DNA from: an uncultured Candidatus Saccharibacteria bacterium
Lineage (GTDB): Bacteria > Patescibacteriota > Minisyncoccia > Phycocordibacterales > DATDWN01
Assembly (NCBI GenBank): GCA_964428435.1
Contig: CAYRYA010000004.1
Coordinates: 8,116 to 72,115 of the forward strand
Direction of reading: 5' to 3'
DNA: 64,000 bases
A program made the translations under genes and the position numbers. Of this stretch, positions 1 to 8,685 are shown in pieces (position 1 is the first letter of the stretch; the number at the start of each line of letters is the position of its first letter). The notes under the pieces were generated by a model that did no database searches, had not been told where the DNA came from, and saw only the letters and a program-made list of their open reading frames with translations.

Positions 1-1
1 A

Positions 2-301
2 CGCATAAGTATTCCTGTTTCAACAAATACTGGAGGTGGAGTAAATCGTTATTATTTCGGAAACAAAGCAATTATAAAAAGTATCCCTTTCATTATTTTA
101 TTTATGCTTTTTGTTTATTTAATAGTAATATCTCGCGGAATATACATATATAATAATGAAAATATTCAGACTTTAGAAGCAGTGTATATTTTATGTGGAA
201 TAATCATTGGAACCACCCTTGGAAGTTACTACAACAAAACAAGTGATCTGGAGTGGCATATAGATACATATGGAAATAAATATCGGCGGAAACAGTAAAA
301 T
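2..301 (+). CDS. 3' end of a membrane-protein gene entering from upstream (partial)
   Basis: Reading frame open from window start to TAA at 299-301; hydrophobic segments (LFVYLIVIS..., ILCGIIIGTTLG); no start codon inside window. Confidence 0.3.
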
Positions 302-309
302 ATAATATA

Positions 310-336
310 AAAAAACCGGATTACTCCGGTTTTTTT
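310..336. terminator. bidirectional rho-independent terminator hairpin
   Basis: AAAAACCGGA-TTAC-TCCGGTTTTTTT palindrome with A/T tracts on both sides, between convergent genes. Confidence 0.6.
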
Positions 337-338
337 GA

Positions 339-2279
339 TTACACTTGGTGTTCGATATCCATCTTCTTTTTAACAGTTACTCCATGAGCTTTAAGCATTG
401 TTTCAAACTCTTCCCTCTCCATCGTCTCTGTTTCCATCAATCGCTTTGCAATTGCATCAAGAAGTTTTTTATTTGCCTCAATCGTAGTTTTTGCCTTCTC
501 TTCTGCCTCTTTCATAATTTTTGAAATCTCTGCATCTACTTCTGCGGCAACCTTTTCAGAATATCCTTCTGACTCTACTCCCCGACCAAACAAAACCTTT
601 CCTCCACTTCCCTCGAGAGCAATTGGTCCGAGCTTGTCTGACATTCCGTATTTAGTCACCATGTCTCGAGCAAGCGCAGTCGATACCTGCAAATCATTTG
701 ATGGGCCAGTAGTCAGATCATCAAACATCATTTTCTCGGTCACATACCCGCCAAGTGATACCGCAATATCATCGAGGAATTCTTTTCGAGACTGAAGTTT
801 TCGGTCTTCCAGTGGGAGCTTGAGTACGTAGCCTGCAGCACGTCCTCGAGAAATAATTGAAATTTTATGAACAGGATCGGCATACGAGAGGAGCGATGCG
901 AGTACCGCATGTCCAGCTTCATGATATGCAGTGATTTCTTTTTCTTTTTTTGAAAGAATATGACTTTTTCGCTCTGGACCAAGCATTACTTTTTCAATTG
1001 AACGAATCAGGTCATACTGAGAAATCTTTGTTCTGTTTTCTCGTGCTGCAAGAATCGCCCCTTCATTCATCAGTGAGTAGAGGTCTGCACCAGAAAATCC
1101 CGGTGTTCTTTCCGCAATCACTTTTATATTTACATCCTCTGCAAATGGTTTTTTAGTTGAATGCACATTCAAGATTGCTTCACGATCATCGCGGTCAGGA
1201 AGATCAAGTGTCACTCGACGATCAAAACGTCCCGGACGAAGAAGTGCAGGGTCAAGTACATCAGGACGGTTTGTTGCTGCCATAACAATAACCTTTTCAT
1301 TTGGTTCAAAACCATCCATCTCAACAAGGATTTGGTTCAATGTTTGCTCTCGCTCATCATTTCCCCCTCCCGCACCTACCCCTCGTACGCGACCCACTGC
1401 ATCAATCTCATCAACGAAAATAATCGCAGGAGAATTTTTCTTCGCAAGCATAAAAAGGTCTCGTACACGAGATGCACCCACACCTACAAACATTTCAACA
1501 AATTCAGAACCAGAAATTGAAAAGAATGCAACACCAGCTTCACCCGCTACTGCTCGTGCAAGCAAAGTTTTACCAGTACCCGGTGCACCCATAAGAAGAA
1601 TACCTTTTGGAATACGTGCACCAATTTCCAAGAACTTTTTTGGATTTTTAAGAAAGTCGACAATTTCAGATAACTCTTCCTTTGCTTCTTTTGCTCCTGC
1701 CACATCTTTAAACGTAACACGTTGTGAATGATCATTCGGATCAATCATTCGTGCTTTTGATTGTCCGAAAGTAAACGCTTGTGCTCCTGCACCTTTTACC
1801 TGTCTAGTCATATACCAAATAAATAGCAACACAAAAATAATCGGCACCAAAAGGGGTGCAAGATTCATCACCCAGTAACCGAACCCTGATTCATTTTTAA
1901 TTTCAATTTTTACTTTTCCGAGTTCTGCTGGAGTAGTACCGTAGTTTGAAAGCGTATCAGTGAGTGCTGTACCATCTTCTTTTTTTGTAAACTTTTTATC
2001 TCCGTTTACATACACCATATCCAAGGACTCCCCTTGGACAACGATTTCTGTAACCTGCCCCGCTTTAATATCAAGTGCGAGTTGTGAGAGTGGGATTTCT
2101 GTCTGAGCAGCCTGACGACCACTGATAAAAGAATACAAACCTGAAAGAAGAAGGAAAATCAAAAGTATCGTCGCAACATAGTTAAATACAGACACTTCCC
2201 GGGGACCTTTTTGTTCTGGGATTTTCTTTGACGCATTCTTTTTATCTTTGTTTTTTGATGGTTTAGTGTTTGGATTCAT
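339..2279 (-). CDS. ftsH: ATP-dependent zinc metalloprotease FtsH
   Basis: 646 aa; N-terminal TM segments, Walker [21 protein letters not shown], second region of homology, zinc-binding HEAGHA. Confidence 0.95.
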   Translation of the reverse strand: MNPNTKPSKNKDKKNASKKIPEQKGPREVSVFNYVATILLIFLLLSGLYSFISGRQAAQTEIPLSQLALDIKAGQVTEIVVQGESLDMVYVNGDKKFTKKEDGTALTDTLSNYGTTPAELGKVKIEIKNESGFGYWVMNLAPLLVPIIFVLLFIWYMTRQVKGAGAQAFTFGQSKARMIDPNDHSQRVTFKDVAGAKEAKEELSEIVDFLKNPKKFLEIGARIPKGILLMGAPGTGKTLLARAVAGEAGVAFFSISGSEFVEMFVGVGASRVRDLFMLAKKNSPAIIFVDEIDAVGRVRGVGAGGGNDEREQTLNQILVEMDGFEPNEKVIVMAATNRPDVLDPALLRPGRFDRRVTLDLPDRDDREAILNVHSTKKPFAEDVNIKVIAERTPGFSGADLYSLMNEGAILAARENRTKISQYDLIRSIEKVMLGPERKSHILSKKEKEITAYHEAGHAVLASLLSYADPVHKISIISRGRAAGYVLKLPLEDRKLQSRKEFLDDIAVSLGGYVTEKMMFDDLTTGPSNDLQVSTALARDMVTKYGMSDKLGPIALEGSGGKVLFGRGVESEGYSEKVAAEVDAEISKIMKEAEEKAKTTIEANKKLLDAIAKRLMETETMEREEFETMLKAHGVTVKKKMDIEHQV

Positions 2280-2336
2280 GGGGGTATTATAGCGTATTTA
2301 GGTGATGAAATACATCATTTCTGCTAAACTAGACTT

Positions 2337-2780
2337 ATGAGCCTGATTCATAACAAAAAAATCCACTTTAACTACGAAATCACCGAGACAATACCTGCTG
2401 GTATTGAGCTTTTTGGCTTTGAAGTGAAATCTCTCCGTAACGGACAAGGTTCCCTCGATGGCTCCTATGTGACCGTACGCGGAGGTGAAGCTTTTGTTAT
2501 TGGTATGCAAATCCCTGCATACCAAGAAGGAAATACTCCAAAAGAGTACGATCCGCTTCGCAATCGCCGTCTTCTTCTCAATAAAAATGAAATAGCTCGA
2601 CTTGGAGAAATCGAGTCGCAAAAGGGATTGACAATAGCACCTATTTCAGTGTATAATAAAGGCAAGGTTTTGAAGATAGACCTCGGTATTGCAACAGGTA
2701 AAAAGAAGTTTGATAAACGAGAAACCACTAAAAAACGTGAGGTTGACCGAAACATCAGACGAGAATTTAGTGATCGTTAA
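2337..2780 (+). CDS. smpB: SsrA-binding protein SmpB
   Basis: 147 aa; typical SmpB N-terminus (NKKIHFNYEI...ETIPAGIELFGFEVKSLRNG) and basic C-terminal tail. Confidence 0.9.
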   Translation: MSLIHNKKIHFNYEITETIPAGIELFGFEVKSLRNGQGSLDGSYVTVRGGEAFVIGMQIPAYQEGNTPKEYDPLRNRRLLLNKNEIARLGEIESQKGLTIAPISVYNKGKVLKIDLGIATGKKKFDKRETTKKREVDRNIRREFSDR

Positions 2781-2815
2781 GCTCATTGAAAAGAGAAACG
2801 TGTCCCGCCTAAAGC

Positions 2816-3082
2816 ATGGCTTACACAATTTACATCTTATATAGTCAGAAAGATAAAGGACTCTATGTTGGATGCACTTCAAATATTTCTAGTCGTATGC
2901 AGCGACATTCAAGTGGTCAGGTACCTGCTACAAAGCACAGGAGACCAATCACTTTAATTCACACAGAAACATTTGAAGATAAAGCAGAAGCATTTAACAG
3001 AGAGAGATTTTTAAAAAGTCTCTGGGGTTCAAGAGAGAAGAAGAAAATTAAAGATATATATTTAAGATCATTAGATGTGTAA
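2816..3082 (+). CDS. GIY-YIG nuclease family protein (stand-alone ~88 aa)
   Basis: TIYILYS...KGLYVGCTSNISSRMQRH matches the GIY...YIG/R..H core. Confidence 0.7.
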   Translation: MAYTIYILYSQKDKGLYVGCTSNISSRMQRHSSGQVPATKHRRPITLIHTETFEDKAEAFNRERFLKSLWGSREKKKIKDIYLRSLDV

Positions 3083-3147
3083 GTTCGGCTAAAACATTTT
3101 TGTAGCAACAAAAATGTTCGCCCGAACAAAGCAAAGCTTTGTTTTAG

Positions 3148-3556
3148 GGGGGTGCCAGGTTTTGACATAGTCTGCATCCGTTCGCGCACTACAGAGTTCG
3201 AGTTACTCTTTAAACTGCTCGAAACCATACGTGTAAACAATACTGTTGCACGAGCAAAAGCTTCTGTTTCTCCATATTTTGGAGTTAACGACTTTGCTTT
3301 CTCTTACGCACGAGCTTAATCTAAGTTTCGTCCCTAAGAGGGGGTGACACATCTGATATCTCATACGATGTCTCATTCATATAACCTTGAGATCCGGTCT
3401 CTTCCCTGTTTCAAGAAGTGACTCAAACAATGAAACTCGCCTTTTTCTTGTTTTGTATATTTTTTAGAGAAAAAGTCTAAATGTTAAAATATTCTATGTA
3501 GTGTAGACCCGTTCGTATTCTCTCTATGCACGTGGTTTCAATACCACCATCTCCAC
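3148..3556 (+). ncRNA. ssrA: tmRNA (ssrA)
   Basis: Next to smpB. 5' GGGGGUG...CCAGGUUUUGAC resembles the tmRNA 5' end/D-analog. 3' end GUGG-UUUCAAUA-CCAC T-arm then CAUCUCC-A pairs with the 5' GGGGGUG including a G3.U70 wobble. Internal tag-like frame GGA GUU AAC GAC UUU GCU UUC UCU UAC GCA CGA GCU UAA (3281-3319) resembles E. coli GCAAACGACGAAAACUACGCUUUAGCAGCUUAA. Confidence 0.65.
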
Positions 3557-3608
3557 AAAATTGTACAGAGACCGCCTTAGGGCGGTTTTTCTGTACAATT
3601 TTGTGGAA
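3557..3608. terminator. long palindromic terminator after tmRNA
   Basis: AAAATTGTACAGAGACCGCC-TTAG-GGCGGTTTTTCTGTACAATTTT nested perfect hairpin with T-tract. Confidence 0.6.
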
Positions 3609-4020
3609 GTGAGCAAAGCAGAGCTTTGCGTGTGCATCGAAGCCACCGGAGCGAGGGTGAGAGGTAGTGTTATTACCTCGCAAGACCTTGAATATTTTGT
3701 AATCAAAATGTGAAAGGCGTACCGTTCCTGTAAGGAAACCGTCAGCAGACGGGACCGCGAGGTGGTGCTCGACTTATTTTACTTCATCGTACTCGATGTT
3801 AGTAAAATAGAAGTACCCTTGTGGTATAGACTTTTCCGAGCGACGGCGAGGAAAAAGTCGAAGGTTCAATGTCACCAATAAAACATGTTTTGCGAGTGGT
3901 ATTGAAACGGCGGAACGATTCCTGATTTAGCAAAATCAGGACGTGAGCCGGTGCCCAGACCATTCTGGCGCGACGGCGACAGAATGAGTCGCGGGGCGAT
4001 GTCACCTCCTCTACTTTTTT
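3609..4020 (+). ncRNA. ORF-free, GC-enriched, hairpin-dense region; candidate structured ncRNA of unknown identity
   Basis: ~410 nt with no credible ORF on either strand between two promoter/terminator-delimited units. Contains GGGUGAGAGG..CGCAAGACC, GAGGAAAAAGUC and GACAGAAUGAGUCGC motifs that are reminiscent of, but not sufficient for, RNase P RNA conserved regions. An 85-nt core (3658-3742) is duplicated at 31084-31172. Confidence 0.3.
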
Positions 4021-4028
4021 ACCAGCAC

Positions 4029-4057
4029 TTGACAAAGTATATAAATATATTTATTAT
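4029..4057 (+). promoter_or_regulatory. sigma70-like promoter
   Basis: TTGACA-17 bp-TATTAT, followed by AAGGAG RBS 7 nt before ATG 4077. Confidence 0.5.
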
Positions 4058-4076
4058 AATATAAGGAGAACACCTG

Positions 4077-4421
4077 ATGTTAACTATACTGTTCAGAGCC
4101 TTGTTTGTAGGCATCATTGCGATGATTGCTTGCGAATTAGGATACAGGGCAAATAAATGTGAGGAACCAACCAAAAAAGATGTCGAATTCCCCTCTAAAA
4201 TGTCGGGAGTCATCATCTCCGACCAAAAGGATCGGTCGGATGATGACATGCTTCCATCGGCAATAAGGGTAATGGTGTCGAGTGGACACGAGTTCGGCGC
4301 CCTCTACAACAATACTGGTTTCAAGAAAAAGTGCCCGTCCTTCAAGAAAGGATGGAAAGTGGACATCGTTAGATGGAATGGGAGGTACTATGTACCCTAT
4401 GACTGTCCGACAACACCATAA
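4077..4421 (+). CDS. small secreted protein or lipoprotein, hypothetical
   Basis: 114 aa; N-terminal hydrophobic signal with IAMIAC lipobox-like motif; own promoter, RBS and terminator. Confidence 0.5.
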   Translation: MLTILFRALFVGIIAMIACELGYRANKCEEPTKKDVEFPSKMSGVIISDQKDRSDDDMLPSAIRVMVSSGHEFGALYNNTGFKKKCPSFKKGWKVDIVRWNGRYYVPYDCPTTP

Positions 4422-4440
4422 GCACAACCGCACCCCGCCG

Positions 4441-4474
4441 AAAGCCGCCGCGCTTCCGGCGGCTTTCTTTTTTC
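4441..4474 (+). terminator. rho-independent terminator
   Basis: AAAGCCGCCG-CGCTT-CCGGCGGCTTTC followed by TTTTTT. Confidence 0.7.
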
Positions 4475-4537
4475 CCACACTTGACTCAGTTATTAATATA
4501 CTATAATATAGTACTATATCTTAGTAATACAAAAACC

Positions 4538-4756
4538 ATGACAACAATCACTGTCCCCCTCAGCACAGAACTTAATGAGTTTATCAACGAGCAAGTAAAA
4601 CTTGGGAAAATGCCAAACAAAGCCGAACTTGTTCGTGCTGCAATTATTAGATATAAGGAGGATGCACTCATTACTGAGCTTCTCAAGGCAAAACAAGAGG
4701 CAAAAGAAGGTAAGCTTTTTACCGGAGATTTAGATGCGCTTGCAAAGCGCTTTTAA
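4538..4756 (+). CDS. type II antitoxin, ribbon-helix-helix (ParD/CopG-like)
   Basis: 72 aa from ATG 4538 (MTTITVPLSTELNEFINEQVKLGKMPNKAELVRAAIIRYKED...); 10 bp upstream of a RelE/ParE-like gene; TTGACT/TATAAT-like promoter at 4481-4507. Confidence 0.65.
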   Translation: MTTITVPLSTELNEFINEQVKLGKMPNKAELVRAAIIRYKEDALITELLKAKQEAKEGKLFTGDLDALAKRF

Positions 4757-4765
4757 CAAACCTCC

Positions 4766-5032
4766 ATGCTTACTATTTTTTACACTCCTAATTTTATCCG
4801 CAGATACAGACATCTTGATCCTGTCTTACAGGGCGAGGTTAAAGATAAGATTGATTCATTTCGAACTATCAAGAATCATTTAAAACTCAAGGTACACAAG
4901 CTAAAAGGATCACTTGATAATACGTATGCTTTTTCCGTGAACTTTAAAGTGCGCATCATTTTTGAATACCAAAAAAATAAGAAAAACGTAAACTTATTGT
5001 ATGTCGGTAGTCATGATGAATTATATTCTTAA
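4766..5032 (+). CDS. type II toxin, RelE/ParE superfamily
   Basis: 88 aa; ...LKVHKLKGSLDNTYAFSVNFKVRIIFEYQKNKKNVNLLYVGSHDELY matches the RelE/ParE fold signature (HKLKG..Y..R....RIIF......I.LL.IG.H). Confidence 0.7.
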   Translation: MLTIFYTPNFIRRYRHLDPVLQGEVKDKIDSFRTIKNHLKLKVHKLKGSLDNTYAFSVNFKVRIIFEYQKNKKNVNLLYVGSHDELYS

Positions 5033-5050
5033 GAGCTGTATAATTATTGT

Positions 5051-6160
5051 ATGCTCAACACGATTTTAAACTACTTTTTACTCAGGAAAGCAACCCCTTC
5101 CCTCATCGAGAATATTTTAAAAAAAGAAAAGTTTACCTATACAAAAAACGACATCAACACTCTACTGAAAGGCAATCAAAAAGGTACTCGATACGGAAAC
5201 ATTATTCTTGAAAGAAACGAGAATGGTCAAACAGTTAAACGATTCTTAAAAGTCGTACTCGATGGCACATGGCGTACATTTACCCTTTTTGAAAGACAGG
5301 TGAAGATTTCAGAGATGCTCTATCGTGACCCTACCTACATAGCGCCTACATTAAACGTACTTCACTCTCACCTATCACACCCTGTTGCTTACGCTATTTT
5401 CGAAACACGAGAATCAGGAAATGATTTTGGTTTTATGGATGACAGAAAAGAGTCGTACGAACAATTCACAACTAAAGAAATAGAAAAACTTGTCGAAGCA
5501 TTGTTTTCATTTCACCAGATCGGCGACCATGTTGATCCGACAATTTGGAAATACACTCGAGCATTAGATTTTTCAAAAGAATACTACGTTAAAAAAATAC
5601 ACAACCTTTTTGCAATCCGTATTACTCACAAAAAAGAAAATGGAGATATAGTTTTTGATACCGTAGAGAACATCATTAAAACATACACAAACATCAAAGA
5701 CCCACTGAAGCAAACGCTTTCAGTATTTACAGAAAATTGGAAAGAGTCAGCTCGCAACAAAACCTATCTTGTCCACGGCGACATGTCACTCGACAACATC
5801 TACAAACATCCACATGGTGAAATTGAGCTTCTCGATTTCGAATGGGTAAGCCATACAAAAAATCCACTCATCGCACTTATGTACGACTATGGAAATGTGC
5901 GTGCACGAGCATGGTCTTCCCCGTCATTTCAAACCGCTCTTGATTCGCGCATGCTGTCTATTGGGAAAAAATACACAGATGAAGCGACGCTCCAGAGAGG
6001 CATGACCCTAGGGAAACTTTACTACTCGCTTACTATGTGCCGGTTCCATCTAGATTTCACCAATACCGTCAAAAAAGACAAACGGATGGAAGTGGAATAT
6101 TTTTTAATGTTCCCATCTTCGTTACACACACTTATAGATGTGATTATGCACGGCAAATAA
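5051..6160 (+). CDS. APH/choline-kinase-like phosphotransferase family protein
   Basis: 369 aa; catalytic-loop-like LVHGDMSLDNIY (HGDxxxxN) and ELLDFEW (D[FW]E metal-binding motif) in the expected order. Confidence 0.5.
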   Translation: MLNTILNYFLLRKATPSLIENILKKEKFTYTKNDINTLLKGNQKGTRYGNIILERNENGQTVKRFLKVVLDGTWRTFTLFERQVKISEMLYRDPTYIAPTLNVLHSHLSHPVAYAIFETRESGNDFGFMDDRKESYEQFTTKEIEKLVEALFSFHQIGDHVDPTIWKYTRALDFSKEYYVKKIHNLFAIRITHKKENGDIVFDTVENIIKTYTNIKDPLKQTLSVFTENWKESARNKTYLVHGDMSLDNIYKHPHGEIELLDFEWVSHTKNPLIALMYDYGNVRARAWSSPSFQTALDSRMLSIGKKYTDEATLQRGMTLGKLYYSLTMCRFHLDFTNTVKKDKRMEVEYFLMFPSSLHTLIDVIMHGK

Positions 6161-6200
6161 TCACAATACTTTTTTTCTTTGAACCGTGTAAAATGAATAC

Positions 6201-6863
6201 ATGGAACATCTCAAACGAAACATCGCTATTACTATTTTTATTATGTTCGCAGGAGTTTTAGTTTTTATACTTTTTTACAATAAACCGCCTTTACCAGAGC
6301 CACAAGGCATCCTTCCTGGCGAACCACTTCACTACACTCACACTTCCGAGGAGATGACATTTACCTACCCTGCCTTTTTGTACAAAGAAACAAAAGAAGG
6401 GATTGTTTCACTTCACCACGATATCCCTTACAAAAACACCGGTGCATGTGACATGATTGGTGATGAAAAAACATACGACACACTCACTGATTTTCATGTC
6501 ACTCTTCGCATAGCATCAACCTCACTTGTGAAAACCGTGAGACAAATGAGCTCATACATACCCGAAGAGAATTTTGATGGGGATGTACTTAAAGTAAATC
6601 CAGGCTTCATCGATTCATTTGAAGCAGGATCTCTTAACGGGTTTGCTATTTATGAAGGGGCGGAAGGGTGTGGCATGACAACTCATTACTTTCCCCTTCC
6701 AGGAAACCGAACTCTCATTATTCAAAAAGAATCAATCCAAGCTCTCTCGGGCGTACGAGGAGAAACATTAATCAAAGAAATACTTGCCGTCCCTGGAGCA
6801 ATATCAAAAGAAGAATCAGAGATGATGTTTATGAGCATAGTTAATTCACTTACAATCAAATGA
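6201..6863 (+). CDS. membrane-anchored hypothetical protein
   Basis: 220 aa; single N-terminal TM (IAITIFIMFAGVLVFILF) then soluble domain; same strand and tightly spaced with neighbours. Confidence 0.45.
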   Translation: MEHLKRNIAITIFIMFAGVLVFILFYNKPPLPEPQGILPGEPLHYTHTSEEMTFTYPAFLYKETKEGIVSLHHDIPYKNTGACDMIGDEKTYDTLTDFHVTLRIASTSLVKTVRQMSSYIPEENFDGDVLKVNPGFIDSFEAGSLNGFAIYEGAEGCGMTTHYFPLPGNRTLIIQKESIQALSGVRGETLIKEILAVPGAISKEESEMMFMSIVNSLTIK

Positions 6864-7282
6864 CTCCTATCTTTTTTCAAGCACTTATATTTATTTCTTG
6901 CATTATCGGCTATGGCGCAGTGGTAACCATAGACACTGCGGGACTTTTTTGGATTCTGAAGAAACGTTCAATGGATTTTGTGTACAGCATGACCGGAATC
7001 ACCCAACCGTTGATCTGGCTCGGATGGAGTGGCATTGTCGTAGGTCTTCTTGGTACCCTCTCCTTTTCACCCCTCACACCCATAATCACCTACCAGTTCA
7101 TCCTCCTCGGTATCCTTGGTCTTAATGGCATATATCTACAGAACATCAAAAAGAAGCTCAATCTAACCGATCGTAACCAAAAAATCCCTATTTTCTCCAT
7201 ATTTCTCGCTACTCTTATCTCTCAAACATGCTGGCTTACCTTCCTCACACTGGAGTTCGTAAAAACTTGTGTTTTTCTTTAA
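6860..7282 (+). CDS. polytopic membrane protein, hypothetical
   Basis: 140 aa, about 4 hydrophobic helices; 4-bp overlap with preceding gene (operon). Confidence 0.45.
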   Translation: MTPIFFQALIFISCIIGYGAVVTIDTAGLFWILKKRSMDFVYSMTGITQPLIWLGWSGIVVGLLGTLSFSPLTPIITYQFILLGILGLNGIYLQNIKKKLNLTDRNQKIPIFSIFLATLISQTCWLTFLTLEFVKTCVFL

Positions 7283-7328
7283 AAATGGTATTCTTAGACG
7301 ATAATTTTAGTAATTTAAATTTGAACAT

Positions 7329-7838
7329 TTGAGCACAAACGTACGTATAAATCATCAAATCCAAGCCGCTGAACTCCGAGTTCTCCTCGACAACGGCGAC
7401 AACCTCGGGGTCTTGAGTCGAGCAGATGCTCTCGACAAAGCCCGGGAGCTTGGACTGGACCTTATTGAAATATCCCCAAAAGCCATTCCACCGGTTGCAA
7501 AAATCATGGATTATGGTAAATTTCAATACACTGAAAACAAAAAGCTAAAGGTTACCAAAGCCAAGGCTCACACTGTTGAAGTAAAGAACATTCAGGTCAA
7601 AATAGGTACAGGAGACCACGATTTGGAGCTCAAAGCTAAAAAGGCTTCAGAATGGCTCGCCGAAGGTAACCGAATTAAGGTTGACCTTTTCCTGCCAGGA
7701 CGCTCAAAGTACATGGACATCAAGTTTCTTGAGGAGCGAATGGACCGAGTGCTCAAGCTCATAACAGTAGAATTCAAGATTGCTGATCCTGCTAAAAAAA
7801 GCCCTAAAGGACTCAGTCTCATCATCGAGAAAGCATAA
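7329..7838 (+). CDS. infC: translation initiation factor IF-3
   Basis: 169 aa; IF-3 N- and C-domain sequence (RINHQIQAAELRVL...GVLSRADALDKARELGLDLIEISP...); non-ATG (TTG) start, which is typical for infC. Confidence 0.9.
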   Translation: MSTNVRINHQIQAAELRVLLDNGDNLGVLSRADALDKARELGLDLIEISPKAIPPVAKIMDYGKFQYTENKKLKVTKAKAHTVEVKNIQVKIGTGDHDLELKAKKASEWLAEGNRIKVDLFLPGRSKYMDIKFLEERMDRVLKLITVEFKIADPAKKSPKGLSLIIEKA

Positions 7839-7971
7839 ATAAAACATCCAAATTATGAACAATCCCATCGTCTAAAATTTAAAAATATTTCGCACCTTAC
7901 ACGTGTAAGGTTTGTCATATTTTGAAATTTTATACGCGGCCTAGTTCAAATTTGAATGTTTAACAAAAAAC

Positions 7972-8157
7972 ATGAAAACAAACAAATCATACACAAAACG
8001 ATTGAAGGTAACCAAAACTGGTAAGATTTTGGCGCGAGCAAAGGGTCAAAACCACTTCAATGCAAAAGTATCTGGGCGAGGAAACCTTGCAAAGAAAGGC
8101 TCACAGAACTTCCCAATGAGTAACAAGGAGATTACCCGTTTCCTACCAAACGCATAA
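7972..8157 (+). CDS. rpmI: 50S ribosomal protein L35
   Basis: 61 aa, basic; MKTNKSYTKRLKVTKTGKILARAKGQNHF...; conserved infC-rpmI-rplT order. Confidence 0.85.
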   Translation: MKTNKSYTKRLKVTKTGKILARAKGQNHFNAKVSGRGNLAKKGSQNFPMSNKEITRFLPNA

Positions 8158-8270
8158 TAAACACTGATTCAGGAAACATGATTAAGGATTAAAGAATAAA
8201 AGAACATTCAAAAACTCTTAAATCCCATTCATTAATCCAAAATCATTAATCAATAATCAATTTTAATAAC

Positions 8271-8657
8271 ATGACACGAGTAAAGAAAGGCGTAAACGCG
8301 CTTAAATCACGAAAAAATACCCTCCGGATGGTAAAAGGTTACCGAAACGGACGAGGATCAAAACAACGCCAAGCGTTTGAGGCTATTTCTCATGCAGGTA
8401 CATATGCCTTTGCACACCGACGAGACAAAAAAGGTGATGCTCGAAGACTCTGGAATGTAAAAATTTCATACGCCGCAAAAGAACTCGGTACTTCATACAG
8501 TAAACTCATGGGAGGTTTGATCAAGAAAAACATCCTCCTCGACCGAAAGATTCTCTCTACGCTCGCTCTCGAAGCACCTGAAACTTTCAAAAAAATCGTA
8601 GCGATGGCAGATATGTCAGAAGCTCCAAAAGCAACAAAAACAAAAGTTGCAGCATAA
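8271..8657 (+). CDS. rplT: 50S ribosomal protein L20
   Basis: 128 aa; MTRVKKGVNALKSRKNTLRMVKGYRNGRGSKQRQAFEAI...RRDKKGDARRLWNVKI matches L20. Confidence 0.9.
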   Translation: MTRVKKGVNALKSRKNTLRMVKGYRNGRGSKQRQAFEAISHAGTYAFAHRRDKKGDARRLWNVKISYAAKELGTSYSKLMGGLIKKNILLDRKILSTLALEAPETFKKIVAMADMSEAPKATKTKVAA

Positions 8658-8659
8658 CA

Positions 8660-8685
8660 AAAAAGACCCTGACGGGTCTTTTTTG
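8660..8685. terminator. bidirectional terminator
   Basis: AAAAAGACCC-TGAC-GGGTCTTTTTTG between convergent rplT and MBL hydrolase gene. Confidence 0.7.

Noticed and set aside
740-1744. Several 60-120 aa ORFs on both strands inside ftsH (740..982, 950..1156, 1161..1520, 1547..1744)
   Set aside because: Fully embedded in a high-confidence conserved gene; low-complexity translations; typical antisense or out-of-frame artefacts.
3609-4020. Assignment of the ORF-free structured region as RNase P RNA
   Set aside because: Motifs resembling CR-I, CR-II and CR-IV are present but in the wrong order and spacing for a P4 pseudoknot and standard architecture. Left as unidentified candidate ncRNA.
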